This document shows, in pieces, positions 48,751-57,873 of a stretch of 64,000 nt of DNA (position 1 is the stretch's first letter; every line of letters begins with the position of its first letter). Location of the stretch: positions 2,400,001 to 2,464,000 of the forward strand of contig OZ250169.1 in the NCBI GenBank assembly GCA_965237955.1, written 5' to 3'. This DNA is from Candidatus Marinacidobacterales bacterium. Lineage in GTDB: Bacteria > Acidobacteriota > Vicinamibacteria > Marinacidobacterales > SMYC01. The position numbers and the translations under genes were made by a program. A model generated the notes under the pieces. That model saw nothing but the letters and a program-made list of their open reading frames with translations. It ran no database searches and was not told the DNA's origin.

Positions 48751-48929
48751 CCACTCCGGACGTGAGAAAAAATCGCGTTTCCCAAGGGAGATGGGGATGG
48801 TTGGTCCACACTTCTGTCAACTAGGGGGTCGGGTCCGCGCGGTACGGATTCACCCGATATCGTATCGGCGTTTCGTTGGTGCTCTATGACTAGCGCTTTA
48901 ACAAGTCGGGCTGCGTGTGCTCAACGCGC

Positions 48930-50487
48930 TCACGTCGGCACGAGTGTCGATACCATCTTCGGCCTCCAGCGGAGGCGAATCCACTGCAAGATATCGTAGG
49001 TGAGGGCGACCCACAGAGATTCAGTGCGCACTTTGGCGACTCCGCGCACGCTAAACTGCCGCAGGCCGAACTTGGTTTTGATCCAGAGATTCGGAAACTC
49101 GGCCACCTGCGAGCGTGTCTTATAGATGGCCTTGGCTTCGTCGGTCTGCATCTTCTTCCGGAACGCGGCTATGTCGGGCAAGAGTTCGCGCCGCTCGATC
49201 GATCGGCCGTGCTGCGTACGAGGACAACACTGCTCTTTGGCCGGACACGTCTGGCAGTCTTGCTTAGACGCCTTATATCGATAGCGCATCGTGCCATGGC
49301 TTTCCTGCTTGGCGTCGTAGCGTAAGTGCTTGCCCTGCGGGCACACATACGTGTTGGTCTGCGTATCGAAGACAAACTTCGACGCCTCGTATTCCGCTTT
49401 CACGCCGTGGTGCTTATACGACTTGCGCCGATTGGCCTCTGCTGCCTTGTTCTCGTGGTCGGGGCCGACGAGATCGATGCCGCGCTTCGCCATCTCCGCG
49501 ATGTTGTTGCTACTAATGTAGCCTCCATCTACGACCATCTGCTCGGGCCGCACGCTGCATGCTCTGCTCAATCCGTTCTATGGCCGGCGTCAGCTGCTGA
49601 TAATCGCTACCGGCCTGCGTGGCATCGATGTCGACAATCAGGCCGTGTGCGGCATCCGTTGAGACTTGGACGTTGTAGTTAGGTGCGGAGCCGCCCTCGG
49701 CTTGCTTCATCACCCGCGCGTCGGGATCGGTCGTGCTCACGCGGTCTATGCGGCTTTCAGCTTGTCATACTCCTTCAACGCTGATTCTAGACGATCCTGT
49801 CTCTCTCGCCTGGCGCGTTGCTGCGCTGCCTGCATCTGCCGGCTCGATTCCTCCTCCGTCTGGGCGTTGAGAGTCTCTACCGCCTCACGCGCCTGCTCCA
49901 GACACTCTTCGACCGTCGGCTTGCGGCGAAATCCACTCGACGAAGCGTTCGCGCGCACCTTCGTCCCATCCAGCATGACTCGCTCGAGCGTGATCAATCC
50001 GTCCGAACTCAGAACTCCCAGAGCTTGCACAAACAACTCGTCCAGGATCTCCCTATGAATCATCCGAAAGTCCGACAGCGTGTGCGCACTGATGCTCTGC
50101 ATTCCGCTGAGCCATTGATACGCCGGATGATGTTCGCACAGCCGCTCAACCGCGCGGGCCGAACTCACGGCTTGGCTGTAGCTGTAGACCCACAGGCTCA
50201 CCAGTAGCTGAGGATCAAACGCAGGCCGGCCTGCGCCACCCGCGACCGAGCGGACTTGATCCGTGTACCCGCTGAGATCCAGCCGACCCACGAACTCCCA
50301 GATCGCACGCGCTGGGTGATCCTCTGGGATCAAACGCTCCACGTCGACCGTTCCGCAGCAGCAGCTGCGCCCTATCGACCACCTTCAACCGAGCTTGTGT
50401 CACGCGCGCTCCCTCATCGCCGTCATCACCATCGCTGCGTTTTCGCGGACTCGGAAAGCCTGGAAGTGACGTTTGCTTATCACCCAC
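48930..50487 (-). pseudogene. IS1182 family transposase, broken into at least four pieces
   Basis: LIPEDHPARAI, GRPAFDP, SARAVERLC, LDGTKVRANAS, STTDPDARVMK, YNVQ, VDGGY, YKTRSQVAEFP...FSVRG. Short possible end repeats TGACTAGC at 48887 and 50719. Confidence 0.85.
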
Positions 50488-50683
50488 GTTTACCCCGCTT
50501 CCTCCCACGCTTTGCCTTAGGCGTCCGACGCACAATCAGTGTGTTTCGATCCTCCACCACCCACTCCAGCTCCTCGCCCGGCTCCATCTCTAGCGCCTGG
50601 GCTAAAGGTGACGGGTAAATCACATAGAACTGACGGGTGTCGTTGGCTCGCTTGATCACCTGCAGCTTTGTCACGTATCCCAT
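50480..50683 (-). CDS. Small AbrB/MazE-like DNA-binding protein preceding the transposase
   Basis: QFYVIYPSPLAQALEMEPGEELEW swapped-hairpin pattern; basic tail. Confidence 0.7.
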   Translation of the reverse strand: MGYVTKLQVIKRANDTRQFYVIYPSPLAQALEMEPGEELEWVVEDRNTLIVRRTPKAKRGRKRGKRG

Positions 50684-50911
50684 GCTGGTCACTCTATAAC
50701 ATAGCTGTAGAGCTAGTCAAGCTTAATTTTTTATCACGTCCTCTGAATGGATAGGATGGCCTAATCCATCGGATGGCGGATTTCATCCTCTCAAGACGCC
50801 CGGGCTCCGATTTCCTGTGTTTTCCGCCCCGCGGCGGACACGGCAAGGCTTTTGCAAAAGGTATGCCTGGAAACGACGACACTCGCCGCCGCCGTTACAA
50901 AGGGAGGACAT

Positions 50912-51346
50912 GTGAGAACAGTGTTACTCGTATTGATGACATCGGGGGCATTGGTCTGGATGATTGGATGTGAGACGAACGAAACCCCGCTCACGGCTCC
51001 GGACGCCGATCCAGGCAATCCGTTGGGGTCTTGGGTACTCCAATCGTTCGAGCCGAGCGACGGCAGCGTCGTGCCGGTACCAGAGCCTGGGAAATACACA
51101 CTCGATCTCGGTGAAGACGGACGCGCGCATATCCAGGCCGATTGCAACGTGTGCAATGGTGACTACGAAGTGAGTGGATCGAGCCTCTCCTTCGGGCTCA
51201 TGGGATGGACGCGCGCCGCCTGCGCCCCGGGCTCGCTCGAGCGGGACTACTTGGAAGCGCTCGTCTCCACGTCGATGTTCCAGGTGACCGAGAGCAGCCT
51301 TGCACTCGCCTATGACGGTGGCGTCCTGAAACTCCAAGCGCCGTAG
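50912..51346 (+). CDS. META domain (HslJ-like) lipoprotein
   Basis: GGAGGA RBS, lipobox-like MIGC, DCNVCNGDY, TRAAC...LERDYL. Confidence 0.85.
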   Translation: MRTVLLVLMTSGALVWMIGCETNETPLTAPDADPGNPLGSWVLQSFEPSDGSVVPVPEPGKYTLDLGEDGRAHIQADCNVCNGDYEVSGSSLSFGLMGWTRAACAPGSLERDYLEALVSTSMFQVTESSLALAYDGGVLKLQAP

Positions 51347-51359
51347 ACCACAATCGAGA

Positions 51360-51394
51360 GCCGGCACCCCGTCATGGGGCGCCGGCCTTTTTTT
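51360..51394 (+). terminator. Intrinsic terminator
   Basis: GCCGGCACCCC-GTCAT-GGGGCGCCGGC stem followed by T7. Confidence 0.8.
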
Positions 51395-51887
51395 GGGTGC
51401 GGGTTTCCTCGTTCGCGGGCGCGTAGTAGAATATCCCCCCCATGAAACGCCTTCTTTGAACCACCGTTTGGCTGGCCGCGACCCAGGTAGGCGCTCAGCC
51501 AATAAACGAAGAGCGCGCCCGCCATTGGGAGAGTACGCTCCAAAAGACGCTTATTCGCCGGTAGGATGGTTCTTGAAGAGTTTCTCGGCCCCATTTCTGG
51601 ATCTTGCTGGCGTTTTTCTTCGAGCTGTCGGAGATCGTACCGCGCCAGACGAGGCGCTCGCCATCCTTGGAGGAAACTGCGGTGACGCCCCATGGGACTC
51701 GCAACGAGTTACGAAACCCTGCGTGACCTCTGCCCGATACACGGCACCTTCGCCGCGAGGTGCGCGGCCACTTGTCGCGCGTAGTTCTATGTACGCGCCA
51801 GCGCTGCGCGTTCGCGATTGACAGAAACGACTGGCCACCCGACGCTGCTGTCGTCGCAAGACTTAGAGCAACACTTTTTGGCGTGGT

Positions 51888-52649
51888 CTAGGCGAAGCCA
51901 GTTTTTGGCCGCTTTTGCGCCACGCCGTCAACGGTGATGTCCACCTTCTCGTTGTAGAAACAGACGAGGCCCGTCACCTTCGAGGCCGCCAACAGAGGTG
52001 TGCCGTAGCCCCAGGCAACATCTTGGGCGGGTACTTCCCCGGAGGCTAAGGACCAATAGCTCGCCACGCCTTTGTACGGGCACGCCGATGATGTGTCAGA
52101 CGCTGCCAACATGTCCATCCGAACATCAAGTTTCGGAAGATAGTACCGCGTGGGCATATTGGTTTCGAACAACAGTCGCGGACGGCGTGAATCGGCTACC
52201 TTGACCCCATTGACCGAAACCTCAATGTGCCGCGAACTGTATAGCACGTCGATGCGGTGGTACGGATCGCGCGGGTGAACAAAGATCTCTTCGTCCTCTT
52301 CGAACCATGCATCCATTTGGCCGAAGGTCAAACTCCGAAGATCGCGCGCTTCGATAACGGGCGAATCGGGATAGCCGAAGGCAGCGTTCTCCGCAACGTG
52401 GCCGCCAACATTCACCGACCAGTAACGCGCCTCGCCCATCGCCTCGTGGCTGTCGGTGTGATCAGTAGCCGTCAGGAGCTGGGAGTCGATATCATCTTTT
52501 GGAAAATAGTACCAAGGGACCGGCGGCCATCCCTTTCGCCAAACCAGGCTCGCTCCGCCGCTGTCGGCGATGGTCTTTCCGTGGAACACCGCTCGAATGC
52601 GACGCGGGCATACTTCGATATGAACGCCTGCGGTCATCGGTCTTCCCAT
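51888..52649 (-). CDS. Tandem DUF427 domain protein
   Basis: HPRDPYHRIDV, LLFETNMPTRYYLP, CPYKGVASYW, CFYNEKVD. Confidence 0.9.
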   Translation of the reverse strand: MGRPMTAGVHIEVCPRRIRAVFHGKTIADSGGASLVWRKGWPPVPWYYFPKDDIDSQLLTATDHTDSHEAMGEARYWSVNVGGHVAENAAFGYPDSPVIEARDLRSLTFGQMDAWFEEDEEIFVHPRDPYHRIDVLYSSRHIEVSVNGVKVADSRRPRLLFETNMPTRYYLPKLDVRMDMLAASDTSSACPYKGVASYWSLASGEVPAQDVAWGYGTPLLAASKVTGLVCFYNEKVDITVDGVAQKRPKTGFA

Positions 52650-52882
52650 GACGTCCTCCTTGCTGCGGCGTCATTGCCGCCGAGAGGGAGCATACATCGG
52701 CCCGGAGGAGCAGTCGCTGACTTGGCTGATGCCGGCGCGTTTCGTACCGCGCCCGTCCACTAACGCATCACCGATCACCGATGGTGAAGACCATATTGCC
52801 CGTGACAGAGACACGACGCTCATGACCGTCCTCGGCAAACCGCCACTCATATACTCGTCTCGTTCGTGGAAATCGGATGTTC

Positions 52883-55381
52883 TCAGCGTAGACTTTCGGC
52901 AATGCCTTTCACGGTCTGTGCGAGGGAGTGCAGTCGAGCTTGGTCGCGTCCGCTCGCGGCGGCGCTATCGCCCTCGAGGTCGGTCGCGAGCGCGTCGAGC
53001 TGATCCGAAGTTCCGGCGTCGTCTGAAGTCCCGCTGGCCAGAATTTGATCGGCGAGCTCGAGCGCGACCGTCAAGGCTTCGGCTCGCTCCGATGGAATCG
53101 CACCACTCCGCCCGAGCTGGTCGAGGTACGCGCGTGCTATTACGGGGCTCGCCGGCCAGTCGATGCGCCGCTGCTGTTGTACGTTGACGACGTCAGGAGA
53201 CACCAGCGACGCCGCGTCGATCTCGTTCTGCGACAAGTACTCGCTCGGCAAGAGCTTCAGCACGTCGAGGCCCCGGACGATTTCGGTGCCGTAGATGTAG
53301 CCGCGGTACCAATACGCCGACCAATAACCCGCCAGGATAAGCTTCTTCGCGTCGATCGGGCCGCGGTCGAAAAACGCGATCTCGACCGGCTTCGAGGAAT
53401 CGGTGAAATCGAATACTGAGATTCCGCCTTGATACCAAGCTTGAACCATGATGTCGCGCCCGGGAACGGGTACGAGAGAGCCGTTGTGAGCGACGCAGTT
53501 CTCCTGCTCGGTCTGCGGAGCCGGCATCTTGAAGTAGCTTCGGAACTCCATCTTGCGATCGACGATGTCGAAAATCGCGTTCGCGCCCCACTCTTTGGGA
53601 TCGGACGCACGACATCGCGGACGCCCGCCGCCGCTCCACTCATCCGTGAAGACCACCTTGGTGCCGTCATTATTAAAAGTCGCCGAGTGCCAGTAGCCGA
53701 AGCCCGGGTCGATCACTTGATCGATTCGGACCGGATTCACCGGATCGGAGATATCGAGAAGGATGCCGTTGCCGGAGCACGCCCCCGCCGCAAGGCCAAT
53801 CTCTGGATAGACGGTGATGTCGTGGCACTGGTTGGTTTCGGTCGTCTTCTGCGTTCCTGGCCCATGGTCGCCTCCCTTCCATAAGCCCGCGATCGCGCCG
53901 GACTCGGGATCTGCAAAAATGCGCGGTCGGCTGACGAGGCGTGCCTCTTCCGGTTTCGCGAGCGGGATTCGGATGACGTCGATGCTGAACAGAGCGGTGT
54001 TCGAATCCTCGCCCGGAGTCGCGTCCGAACAATCGGCGAGCTCATCTCCAGGGCGCACCGTGCCCGTCCCGGAACCATAGACGTATACGTTGCCTTCGTC
54101 ATCCGGGTCGGGCACCAGGGTGTGCGTATGCGACCCTCGGCACGTTTGGACCGCGGCAACCTGCTTCGGTATCCGCACGTCGCTGATATCGAAGATCCGC
54201 ACCCCGCGGAAACGCACGTCACTGACCGGCTCCGCGACCCCATGAAGGCCGCAGTCGAGCCGGCCCCGTGTCTGCTCGACCGACATGATCAGAAGATTCC
54301 CGGTGATAGACACATCGCCCTGGCCTCCGGGACACACGACCGAGCCGAGAAGTTGTGGCGAAAGCGGATCCTCGACGTTGTAGGTATTGAACCCGTGGTA
54401 ATTGCCTTCGAACAGAACGTCTCCGGCAAAAGCAAGATCCGTGTTCGCGAAGTTCAAGATACCGGGCCTAAACGCCGGCTGATCCGCGGCCGCGTTCTCG
54501 CCTTCCTCTTCGTCCGTCTCGGTGTCTTGTTCCTCCTCCTGGTCTCGCTCGCCCTGCGCTTCGGGTTCTTCATCCGCGGAATCGCTCTCCGACGGCATGG
54601 GCAGGCCGGCAGGTGCGTGGGGATCGAAAAAGCCGTCCGGCTTGGGAAGCGTCGCAACCCGCTCGAGATTCAACATCGCTTCACCAGCATCACGAAAGCC
54701 GGCTTTGAGATGAACCCGAGGATCGATAGAGAGGCCCGCGAGCATGGTGTCCATACGATCGATCTCCATGCTCTGATCGGCAGTGATATCGGATGTGAAA
54801 ACGAAGAGCTGCGAGTCCTGAGCCGCGCCGCGTTGGGAGAGGAGATCTTCGACCATGGTCAGCGCCCCGCGGTGGTGTTTGATCATGAGCTCGAGAAAGA
54901 GCCGATCGAATGCGACCCCGCGCGCCCCATCGAGTTGGCTCATCTCCTCGGCCGTCAGCATGCCCGGCATCAGCTCGGCGCCATGCGCGTGATGAGCATC
55001 CACGTCGGTGACCTCCTGGCCGTGCGCGCGTAGCCATTCCTGCATCATCTTGATTTCGTCTTCCTGGGAGAGCTCGATGCGTTTTGCGAGCTTGTGCATG
55101 ACGTCCCACTCGCTCCGGGTCGCGAGGAGCTCGGTCATCTCGAGTGCCTGGGCGTGGTGGGAGATCATTCCCTGCATGAAGCTCACATCGGCTTCGGCAA
55201 ATTGAATGCCAGCGAGATCGGAGGCTTCCTCCGCGGAGATCCGCCGACTCGGCTCACCGGGCGCACCCGGTTGGACGATCGGAGGCGGTGTTTGACTCTC
55301 CGCCGCGCCGATCGGCATGAACGCCGCGACGATGATGACGGTCGCGCCAAGTCGCCGGAAAGAGCGTTTCTGTATGCTCAT
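52883..55381 (-). CDS. Secreted DUF305 + LVIVD-repeat protein
   Basis: FMQGMISHHAQALEM and LMIKHHRGALTM (DUF305); CPGGQGDVS, CRGSHTHT, CHDITV, CVAHNG. Confidence 0.85.
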   Translation of the reverse strand: MSIQKRSFRRLGATVIIVAAFMPIGAAESQTPPPIVQPGAPGEPSRRISAEEASDLAGIQFAEADVSFMQGMISHHAQALEMTELLATRSEWDVMHKLAKRIELSQEDEIKMMQEWLRAHGQEVTDVDAHHAHGAELMPGMLTAEEMSQLDGARGVAFDRLFLELMIKHHRGALTMVEDLLSQRGAAQDSQLFVFTSDITADQSMEIDRMDTMLAGLSIDPRVHLKAGFRDAGEAMLNLERVATLPKPDGFFDPHAPAGLPMPSESDSADEEPEAQGERDQEEEQDTETDEEEGENAAADQPAFRPGILNFANTDLAFAGDVLFEGNYHGFNTYNVEDPLSPQLLGSVVCPGGQGDVSITGNLLIMSVEQTRGRLDCGLHGVAEPVSDVRFRGVRIFDISDVRIPKQVAAVQTCRGSHTHTLVPDPDDEGNVYVYGSGTGTVRPGDELADCSDATPGEDSNTALFSIDVIRIPLAKPEEARLVSRPRIFADPESGAIAGLWKGGDHGPGTQKTTETNQCHDITVYPEIGLAAGACSGNGILLDISDPVNPVRIDQVIDPGFGYWHSATFNNDGTKVVFTDEWSGGGRPRCRASDPKEWGANAIFDIVDRKMEFRSYFKMPAPQTEQENCVAHNGSLVPVPGRDIMVQAWYQGGISVFDFTDSSKPVEIAFFDRGPIDAKKLILAGYWSAYWYRGYIYGTEIVRGLDVLKLLPSEYLSQNEIDAASLVSPDVVNVQQQRRIDWPASPVIARAYLDQLGRSGAIPSERAEALTVALELADQILASGTSDDAGTSDQLDALATDLEGDSAAASGRDQARLHSLAQTVKGIAESLR

Positions 55382-55541
55382 GGGTGACCTCCACTTGATT
55401 CCCGCGCCTCTGACGCTCGGGAGCTGTATTCTAGTACATGGCCGAGCGCTCATGCGGCTCTTCGATCGTCGAGCGAGCGACCGCTTGCGTCACCGCTTGC
55501 ATCAGGCGCGACGACGATCGTGCTCGTGATATCGTTCCGCG

Positions 55542-56390
55542 ATGCCGCTCCGGAGCCGTGCGCCTGTTGCCCGGCGGGTCGGCTTCACGGCCGCACTGAG
55601 CCGCGTTTGGTACTGGGCGCTGGTGGTCGGCGGTTACAGCGCGCTGCCCGTTCTCATCGGCTCGACGCCTTGGGCCGAGCGTTTCGATCTGGCGCCCACC
55701 GTCGATGCCATCATCGCCCTCATCCTGGGCGTGTTTCTCATGTTTCGCATCAACCGGGCCTACGAGCGCTGGTGGGAAGCACGCACGCTCTGGGGAACGC
55801 TGGTGAACGTGAGCCGCAATCTCGCGATCAAGGCCAAGACGCTTGCCGAACCGGATGCGATGGAAAGCCGCAGGCTCAGGACTCTCATCGTCGGGTTTTG
55901 CTACGGGCTGAAACATCACCTGCGCGGCGACGCGGCATTGCGGAAAGTTACAGGGTTCGAGAGCACCGAGGACGACCCGAAGCATGTACCGGCCTACATC
56001 GTCGAGCAGTTGTACGGGTTGTTGTCCGCGTGGCGAACCGCTGACAAGCTCTCCGACGCGGATCTCTGGGTGTTGGACCGAGAGGCGCGCGAGTTCCTGG
56101 AAGTGGCGGGCGGGTGCGAGAGAATCGAGAACACTCTGATGTCACAGTCGTTTTCGAGTCTCTCGCGACAAGCGCTCCTGCTTTATTTGTTGTATTTGCC
56201 GTGGTCCTTGGCGGGTGAGTTCAGCTACTTCACAATTCCTCTGACAATCCTCATCGCTTACTTCGTCATCGCCGCCGAAGGTATCGCGCACTATGCCGAA
56301 CGGCCTTTCGGCAAGGACGACGATCACCTCGACTTGGATTCTATTTGCGCCAGTATCGATGCCAGCGTGACCGAGATTCTGGGGCGGTAA
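55542..56390 (+). CDS. Bestrophin family ion channel
   Basis: FRINRAYERWWEARTLWG, GGCERI, ERPFGKDDDHLDL. Confidence 0.9.
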   Translation: MPLRSRAPVARRVGFTAALSRVWYWALVVGGYSALPVLIGSTPWAERFDLAPTVDAIIALILGVFLMFRINRAYERWWEARTLWGTLVNVSRNLAIKAKTLAEPDAMESRRLRTLIVGFCYGLKHHLRGDAALRKVTGFESTEDDPKHVPAYIVEQLYGLLSAWRTADKLSDADLWVLDREAREFLEVAGGCERIENTLMSQSFSSLSRQALLLYLLYLPWSLAGEFSYFTIPLTILIAYFVIAAEGIAHYAERPFGKDDDHLDLDSICASIDASVTEILGR

Positions 56391-56752
56391 CGGAGCATGG
56401 ATCCGGGTGCTGATACGACAGCGACCGTCGTTCGGTTCTGGCCTTCTCTCGTCGGTGCTGTTTTTGTTGCACTCGTTCATTGAATCTCTACGATCGAGCG
56501 GCGCGCTTTCTTTTTTTGCCGCGAGCGTTTATGCCGGCTGGTTCACGGGAGTGGTCGTCGAGATTTCAGACGCAACCCTCGCTTTGTGGTTCTCGTTCCT
56601 GGCCGACGGAATCATCGTCGTTGCGACGGTGTACGAAGTTCCCCAAATCCGATCACCCAGACAGCACGCGTTTTTTTGTACCGGCGCTTGCTGTTTTTCC
56701 GTGCTAGTCCTTGCAGTGGAAAACTTTCAGACATAGCGCGAACGGAGACGCC

Positions 56753-57283
56753 TCATCTAAGGCCATGTTCGAGAATCAGCCGGTCGATCACGGACACCGC
56801 CGCGTCCAATCGCTCGCCGCGTGAGCCACGGATCTTGGTAAACGTCAGGCGGCGCTCGACGAGAGCGCCACGGAACAGCTCGTGCAACTCTTCACGCCGG
56901 TCGCCGCGATCGCGCTGATCCCCATCGGGGACCCAAGGGATGTCGATGTCGGCTAGGAGGTAGAGGTCTGCGGCTCGTTTCTCCAAAGCCGCCTCGATCC
57001 ACTGGGGGCAATTGCCGTAGTAGTGGTGACTATAGAGGACCGTGCTGAATAGGTCGTTATCCTCAATAAGAAGACGGGACGCCTCGTCGGCTTTCTCGTC
57101 CTCGAGGACGATTTGGCCGCGGGCGATGGCCTCGACATCTTCGTAGTCGGGAGCGGCGCCGTTGTCGATCACGAATTGGCGTGCAAACTCCGGCACCCAG
57201 GCGGTCTGGTAGTGCGCCGCAAGCGCCGCCGCGAGTGTCGTCTTGCCACTACATTCGGAGCCGACCACCGCGACGCGGATCAC
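56753..57283 (-). CDS. NadR-like P-loop kinase (AAA_28)
   Basis: GSECSGKTT Walker A, WVPEFAR, IARGQ, DIPWVPDGDQRD; GTG overlaps the pnuC stop. Confidence 0.88.
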   Translation of the reverse strand: MIRVAVVGSECSGKTTLAAALAAHYQTAWVPEFARQFVIDNGAAPDYEDVEAIARGQIVLEDEKADEASRLLIEDNDLFSTVLYSHHYYGNCPQWIEAALEKRAADLYLLADIDIPWVPDGDQRDRGDRREELHELFRGALVERRLTFTKIRGSRGERLDAAVSVIDRLILEHGLR

Positions 57284-57867
57284 GAGGTCAACGCCGGCGC
57301 GGCCGATTCGCCACCCAAGAGCGACCGTCGCCACTCGGCGAAACCCATGGCGGCGAGCACAAGAAAGACCGCGTAAAGTCCCGCCGTGAGGTAGAGCTCC
57401 TTGTACAAGAACATGCCGACGTAGAAGACATCGACGGCGAGCCACGCGAGCCAGGATTCGAGGAGCTTCTGGGTCTGCATCCACTGGGCGGCGATGCTGA
57501 ACGAGGTGAGCGTCGAGTCCATGAATGGCAGCGACGCGTTGGTGAAGCGGGTCAGCGTATGGCCGAGCAGAATCCCGCCGAGCGTTGCGACCAACAGGAG
57601 CACCACGCGGGTCGTGCCCGACGTCAGCGAAACCGCGAGCTCGCCGTGATCATCACCGCCGTGCAACCAGGCCCACCAGCCGTAGGCCGCGAGCCCGAGA
57701 TACAAACCCTGGAGCCCCATATCGGCGTACAGCCGCGCATCGTAGAAAACGAATGCGTACAGTGTGACGCTGACCATGGCGAGCGGCCAGCACCAGATGA
57801 TCTGGCGCACCGTCAGGTAGACCGCTAGCAGCGTGAGGACGACAGCGACTAACTCGAGAGACAACAC
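57280..57867 (-). CDS. pnuC: PnuC-family vitamin transporter (probably thiamine-specific PnuT type)
   Basis: LYADMGLQ, YGWWAW, DSTLTSFSIAAQW, ESWLAWLAVD. Confidence 0.9.
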   Translation of the reverse strand: MLSLELVAVVLTLLAVYLTVRQIIWCWPLAMVSVTLYAFVFYDARLYADMGLQGLYLGLAAYGWWAWLHGGDDHGELAVSLTSGTTRVVLLLVATLGGILLGHTLTRFTNASLPFMDSTLTSFSIAAQWMQTQKLLESWLAWLAVDVFYVGMFLYKELYLTAGLYAVFLVLAAMGFAEWRRSLLGGESAAPALTS

Positions 57868-57873
57868 GTCGAC

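Noticed and set aside
50841-50856. sigma54 promoter upstream of the META gene (CGGCAAGGCTTTTGCA)
   Set aside because: GG-N10-GC spacing fits, but the match is imperfect and no enhancer was seen; too weak to list.
51400-51880. Gene or ncRNA between META and DUF427
   Set aside because: Looks like a decayed signal-peptide gene (MKRLL*TTVWLAA...) with several stops; no family or RNA structure recognised.
56397-56736. Membrane protein after bestrophin
   Set aside because: Hydrophobic fragments in inconsistent frames; probably a deletion relic, not assignable.
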